From Candidatus Omnitrophota bacterium (GTDB taxonomy: Bacteria; Omnitrophota; Omnitrophia; Omnitrophales; Aquincolibacteriaceae): DNA of 64,000 nucleotides. A program made the translations under genes and the position numbers. Within the stretch, counting starts at the first letter, position 1. The number at the start of each line of letters is the position of its first letter. The notes under the pieces were generated by a model. It made no database searches. It was not told the origin of the DNA and saw nothing but the letters and a program-made list of their open reading frames with translations. This document shows positions 39,410 to 48,295 of the stretch, piece by piece. Location of the stretch: the NCBI GenBank assembly GCA_043732705.1, contig JAYTHE010000006.1, positions 12,284-76,283 on the forward strand, given 5' to 3'.

Positions 39410-40290
39410 GAAAAAAGACGAAACTGCAAGGTTCGATGGTCGCGCTTGTTACACCGCTCAAAAATAATCAGGTGGATGAAAAAGCGCTCAAAGGCTTGAT
39501 CGATTTTCAAATTAAAAACGGCACCGATGTGATCATTCCCTGCGGAACAACGGGTGAATCCTCAACCATGACGCATGAAGAGCATCGCAAGATGATGTCT
39601 TTTGTGGTGGATTATGTGAACGGCCGTGTGCCTGTAGTTTGCGGCGCAGGCTCGAACAATACAGCGGAATCACTTGGCTTAATGCAGCACGCCAAAAAAA
39701 TCGGCGCGGACGGTGTTCTGGTCGTGACACCTTATTATAACAAGCCCACCCAAGAGGGCATGTATAAGCATTATGAGCATTTAGCGCGTAAAGTGGATTT
39801 GCCGATCATTCTTTATAATGTTCCGGGCCGGACGGGGGTTTCGATCGCGCCGGATACAGTGGCAAGACTCGCAAAAATCGATACGGTTGTTGCAATCAAG
39901 GAAGCGAGCGGCAGTTTGGCGCAGGTGGACCAGATTCAGCAGCGCTGCGATTTACCGATCCTTTCCGGCGAAGACTCGCTGACTTTTCCGATGATTATGT
40001 TGGGCGCGGTCGGCGCGATTTCTGTTACGGCTAATATCGTACCCAAACTGCACAGTGATTTGGTGCATGCCTCACTGAAGGGTGATTTAAAAAAAGCAAA
40101 AGCATGCCATGAAAAGCATCTTGATTTAGCGCAGGTGCTTTTTATTGAAGCCAATCCGATTCCGGTCAAAACTGCGTTGGCTTTAATGCGAAAAATTGAA
40201 CTCGAATTTCGTTTACCGCTTTGCCCGATGGTACGCGCGAATGAAGAAAAATTAGCGGCTTCGCTTAAAAAAATGGGGTTAATCAAATGA
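39406..40290 (+). CDS. dapA: 4-hydroxy-tetrahydrodipicolinate synthase
   Basis: GTTGES motif, Schiff-base Lys region (AIKEAS). Confidence 0.9.
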   Translation: MRKKTKLQGSMVALVTPLKNNQVDEKALKGLIDFQIKNGTDVIIPCGTTGESSTMTHEEHRKMMSFVVDYVNGRVPVVCGAGSNNTAESLGLMQHAKKIGADGVLVVTPYYNKPTQEGMYKHYEHLARKVDLPIILYNVPGRTGVSIAPDTVARLAKIDTVVAIKEASGSLAQVDQIQQRCDLPILSGEDSLTFPMIMLGAVGAISVTANIVPKLHSDLVHASLKGDLKKAKACHEKHLDLAQVLFIEANPIPVKTALALMRKIELEFRLPLCPMVRANEEKLAASLKKMGLIK

Positions 40291-41090
40291 CACGGATTGT
40301 AATGGCCGGCGCTTGCGGAAGAATGGGGCAATCTATTTTGAGATTGGCGTCACAGGATAAAGCTTTTCAAATCGCGGGCGGAGTGGAACAAAAAGGTCAT
40401 CCGGATTTAGGCCGCGATATCGGAGATGTCCTCGGTTTTAAAAAAACCGGCGCGCAATTAACCTGCGACATGACGACTGCGTCCAAAGGCGCGGATGTGA
40501 TTATTGACTTTACGCACCCGTCGAGTTTGGATAAGCATCTTGAAGCCGCTTTTAAAAATAAAACCGGACTTGTTGTCGGAACCACCGGTTTGACGGATGT
40601 TCACCGCGCAAAATTGAAACTTGCTTCCAAGAAAATTGCGATTGTACAGTCTCCGAATATGAGCGTCGGCGTGAACCTGCTTTTTAAATTAACACAGCTT
40701 GCCGCGGAAGTTTTGGATGAAAGCTATGACATGGAAATTTCCGAGATTCATCATAAGCTGAAAAAAGACGCACCCAGCGGAACAGCGGTTAAGTTGCTTG
40801 AGATTTTAGCTGAAGCTAAAAAAAGAAATTTAAAGCGCGACGCGGTTTATGGGCGCGAAGGTGAAGTCGGTGCCCGTAAGCAGAATGAAATCGGCTGCTT
40901 TGCGCTGCGCGGAGGCGATGTGGTGGGCGAACATCATGTTTTCTTCTTCGGAGCGGGTGAGCGCGTGGAGCTTGTGCATCAAGCAACTTCCCGGGACGCT
41001 TTCGCCAAGGGCGCCCTGGTCGCGGCCGGGTTTTTAGCGAAGAAAAGACACGGGCTTTTCACTATGCAGGATGTGTTAGGGATGGCATAA
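40287..41090 (+). CDS. dapB: 4-hydroxy-tetrahydrodipicolinate reductase
   Basis: MAGACGRMG NAD(P)-binding N-terminus, EIHHKLKKDAPSGTA. Confidence 0.9.
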   Translation: MTRIVMAGACGRMGQSILRLASQDKAFQIAGGVEQKGHPDLGRDIGDVLGFKKTGAQLTCDMTTASKGADVIIDFTHPSSLDKHLEAAFKNKTGLVVGTTGLTDVHRAKLKLASKKIAIVQSPNMSVGVNLLFKLTQLAAEVLDESYDMEISEIHHKLKKDAPSGTAVKLLEILAEAKKRNLKRDAVYGREGEVGARKQNEIGCFALRGGDVVGEHHVFFFGAGERVELVHQATSRDAFAKGALVAAGFLAKKRHGLFTMQDVLGMA

Positions 41091-41130
41091 TACGCCGTTT
41101 AAATTTTTTTAATCGCCTTGCTTATATTGA

Positions 41131-42843
41131 ATGAAAAAAAATCCTTCTAGTTTGATTGCCCTAGTGGGCGTTTTTTGTGTTTTTGCCCTCACGCCGAATC
41201 TTCTTTCGGCGCAAACCTCTTTTTCCGACAATTCCGATATAAAGTCGTCCGATCTCAATTTAGATAAAGAGTTAGACAAGGCTATGGCCAAAGAAGGCAA
41301 ATCTTCTCCGACTCATGTCGCGGGAAAACCTGCACTTGAAACCTCAGCCCAATTGCACAAAGTTAAAGAAGCTCCCAAGCCGAATCTTTTCGCAAAAACA
41401 TTTTTTGCTTCACCCGCGAAAAAATCCGAATCCATCGCGACTGATGTTCAAGGGTTTACTGTGGTTCACACTCCTTCCCGGAAAATGGACTCGGAATATG
41501 CCGTGATCACCGACTTTGGCGGCGAGGTAGTAAAGACCCGATATCTGAAAGGTCTCAAAACAATTGATGACGTGAATGACTATGTTCAAAAGAATTTAGA
41601 AACAGCGGAAGAAGGAAATGTTGAAATTCGCAAAATGAAATTGCCGGGTGAGGGTGGTCAAACTCTTTTTTGGGTGGGCGATAAATCTTTCACCAGCTTG
41701 GATGAGGCTAAACAATGGATCGCGAAAGTTCGCCAGCAGGTTGTGGAGATCGGCGGTAACTTTGATGAAATGGTGAGCGAGGCTCAAACGCCCGTTGAGA
41801 TTGAAAATGAATATGTGACCCAATTTGACCAGCAAGATTACATTCCGAATCAGAAAAAAGAAGAAGATATGGTTTTGAAATGGGCCGATCAAATGGATCT
41901 TGGCGAAGAACTTTGGGGGCCTTTCCATGGCGATCCCGCGGGTGAGCCGATCCTGTGGCAGTCATTCGGTGAAACTACTTATCGTAAAACAAATCTTGAA
42001 GACAACAAATATAATAGTCAGGTCGCGTATTGGACTAACCGGGTTGTTTTACGAGGCATTCGGTTTCCGCTTAACACCTTGGACCCTTACCTTGAAACGA
42101 CCGCGGTTATGGAAGCCGTCTCGGAAGATTATAAAAGCTACGCTGACTTTTTTGCGGGTGTGGAATGGCGGCCGCTCGCGCGCAATCATTGGCTTGAAAA
42201 TTACCGTCCGATAGGCAATATCAGTATTTTAAAATGGATACGTAATTACCGGTTTTATGTTCAGTACGGTGACCGCAAAAACATCAAAGACGAAATTCAG
42301 GCTAAAGATTGGGATTATCAAGCCGGCGTGCAAATGTTTTATGAGTTTGGAGTTGAACTTCCGGATTTGAGTCAGCCGGCCCCCGAAAGTTTCCCCGAAT
42401 ATTTACAGGAATATGTTTGGGGTGAGTATTTCGCGAAATATCGTTACGAACGCACAAGCTTTTCCACAGACAAAGACTCTCGAGCGATCATTCTTGAAAA
42501 CTCGCTGATTTTGGGACTTAAGATGCCTGGCATTCCTTTACCGGAGAATCCCGTAAACAATGAAATTAAACTCATGCCGTATATTCACCTCAATCAAACT
42601 TGGAATGATAACCATTCTTTTTCTTATCAGAACTATTATTATGTCGGCGCGGGCGTGCGCTGGATGCCTTTTAATACATGGCGGCATAAAGAAAACGAAT
42701 GGCTTTCTAAGATTAAAGTATTTGGTGAATGGATTGCGATTGGCAAGACGCAATATGTGAAAGTCGACAGCTCAGAGAATGGCGACAATTTAGTCCGCAA
42801 TGATTTACGTTTCGGCGTCAGCTTCGCGAGCCGCAGATACTAA
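41131..42843 (+). CDS. secreted protein with signal peptide, probable outer-membrane beta-barrel (570 aa, C-terminal ...RFGVSFASRRY)
   Basis: Signal peptide MKKNPSSLIALVGVFCVFALTP...; alternating aromatic/hydrophilic pattern in C-terminal half; terminal aromatic residue. Confidence 0.45.
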   Translation: MKKNPSSLIALVGVFCVFALTPNLLSAQTSFSDNSDIKSSDLNLDKELDKAMAKEGKSSPTHVAGKPALETSAQLHKVKEAPKPNLFAKTFFASPAKKSESIATDVQGFTVVHTPSRKMDSEYAVITDFGGEVVKTRYLKGLKTIDDVNDYVQKNLETAEEGNVEIRKMKLPGEGGQTLFWVGDKSFTSLDEAKQWIAKVRQQVVEIGGNFDEMVSEAQTPVEIENEYVTQFDQQDYIPNQKKEEDMVLKWADQMDLGEELWGPFHGDPAGEPILWQSFGETTYRKTNLEDNKYNSQVAYWTNRVVLRGIRFPLNTLDPYLETTAVMEAVSEDYKSYADFFAGVEWRPLARNHWLENYRPIGNISILKWIRNYRFYVQYGDRKNIKDEIQAKDWDYQAGVQMFYEFGVELPDLSQPAPESFPEYLQEYVWGEYFAKYRYERTSFSTDKDSRAIILENSLILGLKMPGIPLPENPVNNEIKLMPYIHLNQTWNDNHSFSYQNYYYVGAGVRWMPFNTWRHKENEWLSKIKVFGEWIAIGKTQYVKVDSSENGDNLVRNDLRFGVSFASRRY

Positions 42844-42968
42844 ATTAAAGAAACCCCCGAGGTTGTTGAAAGCATCTTCGGGGTTGTGTTGGCTCTGTCA
42901 TCCCCGCGAAGGCGGGGACCCAGGTCAAAAATTTAAAACTAGATTCCCGACCAAGTCGGGAATGACAA

Positions 42969-45900
42969 ATGAAAAAAGAAATTAAAAAAGTAATTTCGGG
43001 ATTGATGATTGCCGCGCTCGTTTTGACGGGTTTGCAGCCGCATGCCTTTGCCCGCGCCATCATGGAGTCCTCGCCGGTTTCAACGGATCCTTTTTCAATT
43101 CACAATTCTTTGATTAATCCGGGCTTTGAAGGCGCTATCAGCAGCGGCTTTGGAAATTGGGATAGTACTAATGGAGTTACGCGTGTAACAACGCCCCCAG
43201 GACTTTTTACAGCCTTCCCTGAAGGAAGCGCGGCGCTTTCCGTTACGCCGGGAACTTTTACTTTTCAGGTTGTGGATCATGTTAAGCCCGGGGATGTTGT
43301 GTCATTTAGTGCTTTGGCATCGTCTAACTTTGCCATCGGCGTTAATGCGGCAGATTTGAAGATAGAATTTAAAAGAATTAATTCCGACGGTAGTGACACT
43401 TTAATTTCAACGGCGCCTCTTTCCTCCAATATAAACGATACAAGCGCTCCTGTTGGGAGTTATACACTTTTTACTGCTTCCGGAGTTGTGCCGGCGGGTG
43501 CGAATCGTGTTATTGCGGTCATTGAGACATCGGGTGGGGCGGCGGCGACTCGCGCTATTATTGATAAGACTGTGATTTCCATTAATCCGACGGCTTTCCG
43601 TGTCGAGCTCTCGAAGCGCAGTGCGAAGGCCGGTGATGTGGTTCCCGCGCGCGTTACTTTTACCAATCAATCTAATAGTACCTTTACCGGTGTCCAATTG
43701 CATACGGTGGTTCCCAAAGGCATGAATGTGAATCTCTCTGAGGTTCGTAATAATGGACAAGACGCGCATGCCACCGAAGGTTCGGTGATTATACCGATCG
43801 GGACCGTCGTTGCGGGCGCTAGCTTCAGCCTCGTGCTTCCGATCGCGATTACCGGTGGAGTGATGCCGGGGCATGTTTACGATCTTGATTTTACTTTGAT
43901 GGATTCTGCGAGCATGCATGAAACCGCGCGCGAACGGCTTTTGATCGAAGAAGACCCGATGTTTGACCAAAGCACTGTGATCGGAAAAGTTTTTCATGAC
44001 CGCAACCGCGACGGCAAACAGCAGGAAGGTGAAGAGGGCATGTCTTTCGTGAACCTTTACACCGAGCAAGGCATTATGGTTACAACCGATGAAAACGGAA
44101 TGTACCATATTCCTAATATGAATCCCGGCCGCCATGTGCTTAAGATTGACGCGCATACTCTTCCCGACAACACAGAATTTATTACCGAAGAATCTTATTT
44201 GTTTAAAAGTACTCCGGGCGTGATGAATAAAGTTAATTTTGCTGTGGCTCCGCGCGGCAAGGCAGATTGGGAAGGCGGCAATCCAAACATGCCTGAGGAC
44301 TTTAAAGGCGACCTCAATGTGCAGATTACGCAGGGTTTGGACACAGCTCCGCCGCAGCTTGACGTGAAGATGGAACCGGATGTTTTACGTTTGGGCGCCG
44401 GCATTTTAGAGCGTCAACCTCTTTTCAGTTTTGACATTAATTATCCGCATGTGGTGAAAAAGTGGATGCTTGAAATTCGCGATGAAATGGGCCGCAAGGT
44501 TTGGTCGGGTTATGGTATTGGAAAACCTCCCGCGGACGTGATGTGGGAAGGATTAACGGACGCGGGCGTTCTGATTCAACCCGGAATTTATTCTTATCAG
44601 TTTAAAGTAGAAGATGACAAAGGCCGGCAGGATTGGACTTTGCTCAAATTTTTCCGTGTCTTTTCAAAGGTCGGGAAAACCGCTGTCGGAGAGGATTGGG
44701 AAGGTTCGCGCAAAGAAGAAAAGGTTTATCAGGCCAGCCCCAAAGCGGATCCGAATTACCGCGAAGAAATTTCACCCGTCGGAAATTTCAATCTTTTTCA
44801 AGACGGGAAACGCAGCATTCCTTTGATTGCCAAACCAACCGTACGTGTACGCGGGCGAACACATCCGGGTTTTAAAGCGTATATCAATGACGCGCCGGTG
44901 GATGTGAATGATGAAACGGGCCGTTTCGATAAAGAATTTTACGTGAAGCCCGGTGAAAATGAATTTGTAATCAATGTCGTTTCACCGGAAGGGGAAAGCA
45001 CGCTTTATACCGAAAAAGTGAAAGTTAAAGACAGTATGTTTTTCATGGTCGGATTGGGCGAGCAGGAATTGGGTAAAAATTTTGGAAAAGGAGCTGTTGA
45101 GACGGCGGGCGGCGATAAGCAGTATCGGGATGGTTTTTATCAGAATGGACGTTTGGCTTATTTTCTGAAAGGTAAGTTGAAAGGAAAATTCCTGATTAAA
45201 TCGAAGTTTGATTCCGGCGATAAGCGTTCGGCGCTTTTTACCAATCTTGATCCCGATCAGTACTATCCGATTTATGGTGATAAATCGCAGATCAGTTATG
45301 AGGGGCTCAATACCGAATCCCGTTTTTACACGCTTGTAGAAATGGACCGCTCTTTTTTACGCTGGGGAAGTTTTCAAACGCAATTTGATGATACCGAATT
45401 AGCCAGCTATAACCGCACGCTTTCCGGTTTACAGGTTCACCACGAATCGCTACAAACCACGCCTTACGGCGACCCTAAACGCGGCTTTAAAGTTTTTTGG
45501 TCTGAAAGCAAAAATCGGTCAGCGCATGTGGAGCTCGAATCCACCGGCGGGACACTTTATTATCTGCGCGATCGCAATATTGTTCAGGGCAGCGAACAGC
45601 TGCATGTTGAGATCCGGGATAAACTGCAGGACATTTCCATCGGCCGCTATGATCTGAAAGAAGGTGCGGATTATGAAATTGATTATGAATCCGGCAGAAT
45701 TATGCTCACTCGTCCGCTTTCATCGCTTGCCGCGCCGAACACGCTTTTTTCAACCGACCTGGCTGACGGCAACAGAATTTTTTTAACGGCTGATTATGAA
45801 TATGTCGCTGGCTTTGATCCCGCGAAAGTCGGAGATCGCGGCGCGCGCGGCTATGTGCATTTGGGCGACCACATTCGTGTGGGCGGAACACTTGTTGAAG

Positions 45901-47738
45901 AAAAGCGTGACGCGGTGGATTACGATATGCGCGGAGTCGACATGACCATGAAATTCGGCCGCAATACGCGCATTATTTCGGAGTATGCTACGACCATCAA
46001 TCAGCAGGGAGACCAGACGGTTTCTTATGACGGAGGTTTGACATTCGCGAATCTGGGGCCGCTTTCGGACCGCAAAGATGAAGCTCGCAGCCGCGCTTAT
46101 TTAATTAAAGCTGAAAGTAAACCGGTTAAGAACTTAGAAGTGAGCGGATTTTTACAAGGCGTATCGCCGGGCTTTTCAAATGATACTTTGAAAAGCCAGG
46201 AAGGTTATAAAAAGTATGGTTTCGCGAGTCGTTATCGTTTGACGGACAATTTACACGCCAAATACCGCTATGATCATAATGAGATCACAGACAGCCTGCT
46301 GCCGTTGACTTCCAGTTCCGTTTTAGCACCGTATGAAAATATGAACGCGCATACGCTGGGCCTGACTTATGACGATGGCCTTTGGCTCGCAGAGACTGAA
46401 TATCTTCACCGAACCCTTGATGGTCCTGACAATGAAAGCCGTGTTTCGCCTTCGCTTGAATCCGAAATTCCTTTTAATGACGGTGTGGTCTCCAAATTAG
46501 GATACCGCGTGAATGACAAATTCATGCCTTATGCCAAGGCACAAACTTCCTTTCATACGAAGGGTGACACGCAGCTTGGCGGCGGCATGCGCTATGAAGT
46601 TGCGCAAAATCTTTACGCTTACCTTGAACAGATGTTCGGTAAAATCGGAGATTCCACTTTATTTGGAATTGAAAAGCATCACGGCAATGGATCAAGCACT
46701 TATGCCAATTTAAAATCACTCGACCGTGGTATTGGCTACAAAACATTGACGACCGCGGTCGGCAGTAATTATTTCATGGATAACGGTTCGCGGCTTTATT
46801 CGGAGCGCGAAATCACGACCTACAATGCCAAAGATGGCTTTGCCGACATTATGGGTTACGATGGCAAGGCCGGTGATCATTGGGATTACGGCGGACGTTT
46901 TGAGCGCCGCCGTCTGCAGGATTCAACCACCCAGCGTTTAGATATTTTAGCCAGCAGCGCCCTTGCGCGCGCGAATGCTTATAACACCGTGGGCGCACAT
47001 GTGGCCTACATTGGTACGGAACAAAGAGAAGGCGCGGGCGCGGCTCAGCATTATTCTCCTTTCGATAAACTGAAAGCACGCGTTTCGGGCGAAGTTCGTA
47101 AAGATCAAAATAACCCCAATCTTTGGCAGGTGGTAACGCGTGATTCCGTTGAATACAAAATAACCCGTGATTTAAATTTTATGACCTACTTGAATTCCGG
47201 CGTGACGCATTTAACAAAGCATGTTTTTAATGCTGATTTTATGGAGTGGAATACAGGCTTTGCCTACCGCCCGATCAATTTCGACCGTCTCAATTTACTG
47301 ACGCGTTATACTTATGTTGAAAACAATCTTGATTATTTACAGTTGAGCGGCAAGCTGGATAGCTCGGCGCACATTATTCAGCTTGATGCGTCCTATGACG
47401 TGAACCGTTATTTTGAGATTGTTGAGAAGGTTGGTTTCAAGCGCGCGGTCGCGTCTTATTTTTCTGATGATGCCATACTGAATTCGATGCTTTGGGCAAA
47501 CCGCATTAACTTTCACGTTACACGGAAATGGGATGTCGCGACAGAGTATCGCATCCTTTTTCAGGGGAATGCCGCGGACACGAAAAAACACGGAGCTCTT
47601 TTTGAAGTGGACCGCGAAATTTATGAATATGTGCGTGTCGGCGCCGGTTATGACTTTGCTAATTTTACCGATGACCTGAGAAAGGCCAACAACTACTCAA
47701 GTCACGGGCCTTTTGTCCGTATGACAGGGAAGTTCTAA
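42969..47738 (+). CDS. giant (1589 aa) outer-membrane protein: signal peptide, CBM4_9-like N-domain (LINPGFEG...W), DUF11-like repeat, Cna-B/SdrD-B-like domain, very large C-terminal beta-barrel-like region ending ...FVRMTGKF
   Basis: Domain motifs read from the translation; C-terminal Phe and ~1000 aa of beta-strand-like alternation. Confidence 0.5.
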   Translation: MKKEIKKVISGLMIAALVLTGLQPHAFARAIMESSPVSTDPFSIHNSLINPGFEGAISSGFGNWDSTNGVTRVTTPPGLFTAFPEGSAALSVTPGTFTFQVVDHVKPGDVVSFSALASSNFAIGVNAADLKIEFKRINSDGSDTLISTAPLSSNINDTSAPVGSYTLFTASGVVPAGANRVIAVIETSGGAAATRAIIDKTVISINPTAFRVELSKRSAKAGDVVPARVTFTNQSNSTFTGVQLHTVVPKGMNVNLSEVRNNGQDAHATEGSVIIPIGTVVAGASFSLVLPIAITGGVMPGHVYDLDFTLMDSASMHETARERLLIEEDPMFDQSTVIGKVFHDRNRDGKQQEGEEGMSFVNLYTEQGIMVTTDENGMYHIPNMNPGRHVLKIDAHTLPDNTEFITEESYLFKSTPGVMNKVNFAVAPRGKADWEGGNPNMPEDFKGDLNVQITQGLDTAPPQLDVKMEPDVLRLGAGILERQPLFSFDINYPHVVKKWMLEIRDEMGRKVWSGYGIGKPPADVMWEGLTDAGVLIQPGIYSYQFKVEDDKGRQDWTLLKFFRVFSKVGKTAVGEDWEGSRKEEKVYQASPKADPNYREEISPVGNFNLFQDGKRSIPLIAKPTVRVRGRTHPGFKAYINDAPVDVNDETGRFDKEFYVKPGENEFVINVVSPEGESTLYTEKVKVKDSMFFMVGLGEQELGKNFGKGAVETAGGDKQYRDGFYQNGRLAYFLKGKLKGKFLIKSKFDSGDKRSALFTNLDPDQYYPIYGDKSQISYEGLNTESRFYTLVEMDRSFLRWGSFQTQFDDTELASYNRTLSGLQVHHESLQTTPYGDPKRGFKVFWSESKNRSAHVELESTGGTLYYLRDRNIVQGSEQLHVEIRDKLQDISIGRYDLKEGADYEIDYESGRIMLTRPLSSLAAPNTLFSTDLADGNRIFLTADYEYVAGFDPAKVGDRGARGYVHLGDHIRVGGTLVEEKRDAVDYDMRGVDMTMKFGRNTRIISEYATTINQQGDQTVSYDGGLTFANLGPLSDRKDEARSRAYLIKAESKPVKNLEVSGFLQGVSPGFSNDTLKSQEGYKKYGFASRYRLTDNLHAKYRYDHNEITDSLLPLTSSSVLAPYENMNAHTLGLTYDDGLWLAETEYLHRTLDGPDNESRVSPSLESEIPFNDGVVSKLGYRVNDKFMPYAKAQTSFHTKGDTQLGGGMRYEVAQNLYAYLEQMFGKIGDSTLFGIEKHHGNGSSTYANLKSLDRGIGYKTLTTAVGSNYFMDNGSRLYSEREITTYNAKDGFADIMGYDGKAGDHWDYGGRFERRRLQDSTTQRLDILASSALARANAYNTVGAHVAYIGTEQREGAGAAQHYSPFDKLKARVSGEVRKDQNNPNLWQVVTRDSVEYKITRDLNFMTYLNSGVTHLTKHVFNADFMEWNTGFAYRPINFDRLNLLTRYTYVENNLDYLQLSGKLDSSAHIIQLDASYDVNRYFEIVEKVGFKRAVASYFSDDAILNSMLWANRINFHVTRKWDVATEYRILFQGNAADTKKHGALFEVDREIYEYVRVGAGYDFANFTDDLRKANNYSSHGPFVRMTGKF

Positions 47739-47770
47739 CTCGAGTTGTTTTCGTTCTGAGCTATTTCTTC

Positions 47771-47859
47771 TTGCTTCTGCGCATTGCACAACCAGCGAAG
47801 TAGCTCAACTGCGGTTTGCGTGGCACAGTTTTTTTGCTCTGTGCTTCACACAACTGCAA
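47771..47859 (+). repeat. cluster of two or more family-C REP-like elements between the giant OMP gene and the lipoprotein gene
   Basis: TTGCTTCTGCGCATTGCACAACCAGCGAA and TTTTTTTGCTCTGTGCTTCACACAACTGCAA. Confidence 0.45.
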
Positions 47860-47887
47860 TTTGCATTAATTTTTAAACGGAGGAACT

Positions 47888-48295
47888 ATGCGATCAAAAT
47901 ATTTGGCCGGGACGTATTTATGTTTTGCGCTTGGCTTGGCCGCCTGTGCGGGATCCCAAAAATATCTTCCGATTGAACAAATTCCCGCCGGAAACAACGA
48001 AGAAATTCACGTTGCGAAGGCTTATGACTTTGTTTATCTGAATGTTTTTGATACGGTGAATGCTCTTCCTGACTGGGCTCCGGATAAGACCTTGAAAGAT
48101 GAGGGGCTGATTCGTTTGAAGAACACGCAGTTTTCACGCTTTGATGACTCAAGCAATCGTGTTATTAATCTTCATATCCGCCGCGATAGCGCGCTGCAAA
48201 CAAGCGTTTACCTCGATCCTGACTCCCGTCGTGTCATCGGCGCGGATCAAGTTTTGGCTGCGATCCGCAAAAAGTTCAGCATCCCGGCAGCTTGA
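47888..48295 (+). CDS. small lipoprotein (lipobox LAAC)
   Basis: MRSKYLAGTYLCFALGLAACAGSQ signal/lipobox; stop overlaps uvrA TTG start. Confidence 0.5.
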   Translation: MRSKYLAGTYLCFALGLAACAGSQKYLPIEQIPAGNNEEIHVAKAYDFVYLNVFDTVNALPDWAPDKTLKDEGLIRLKNTQFSRFDDSSNRVINLHIRRDSALQTSVYLDPDSRRVIGADQVLAAIRKKFSIPAA

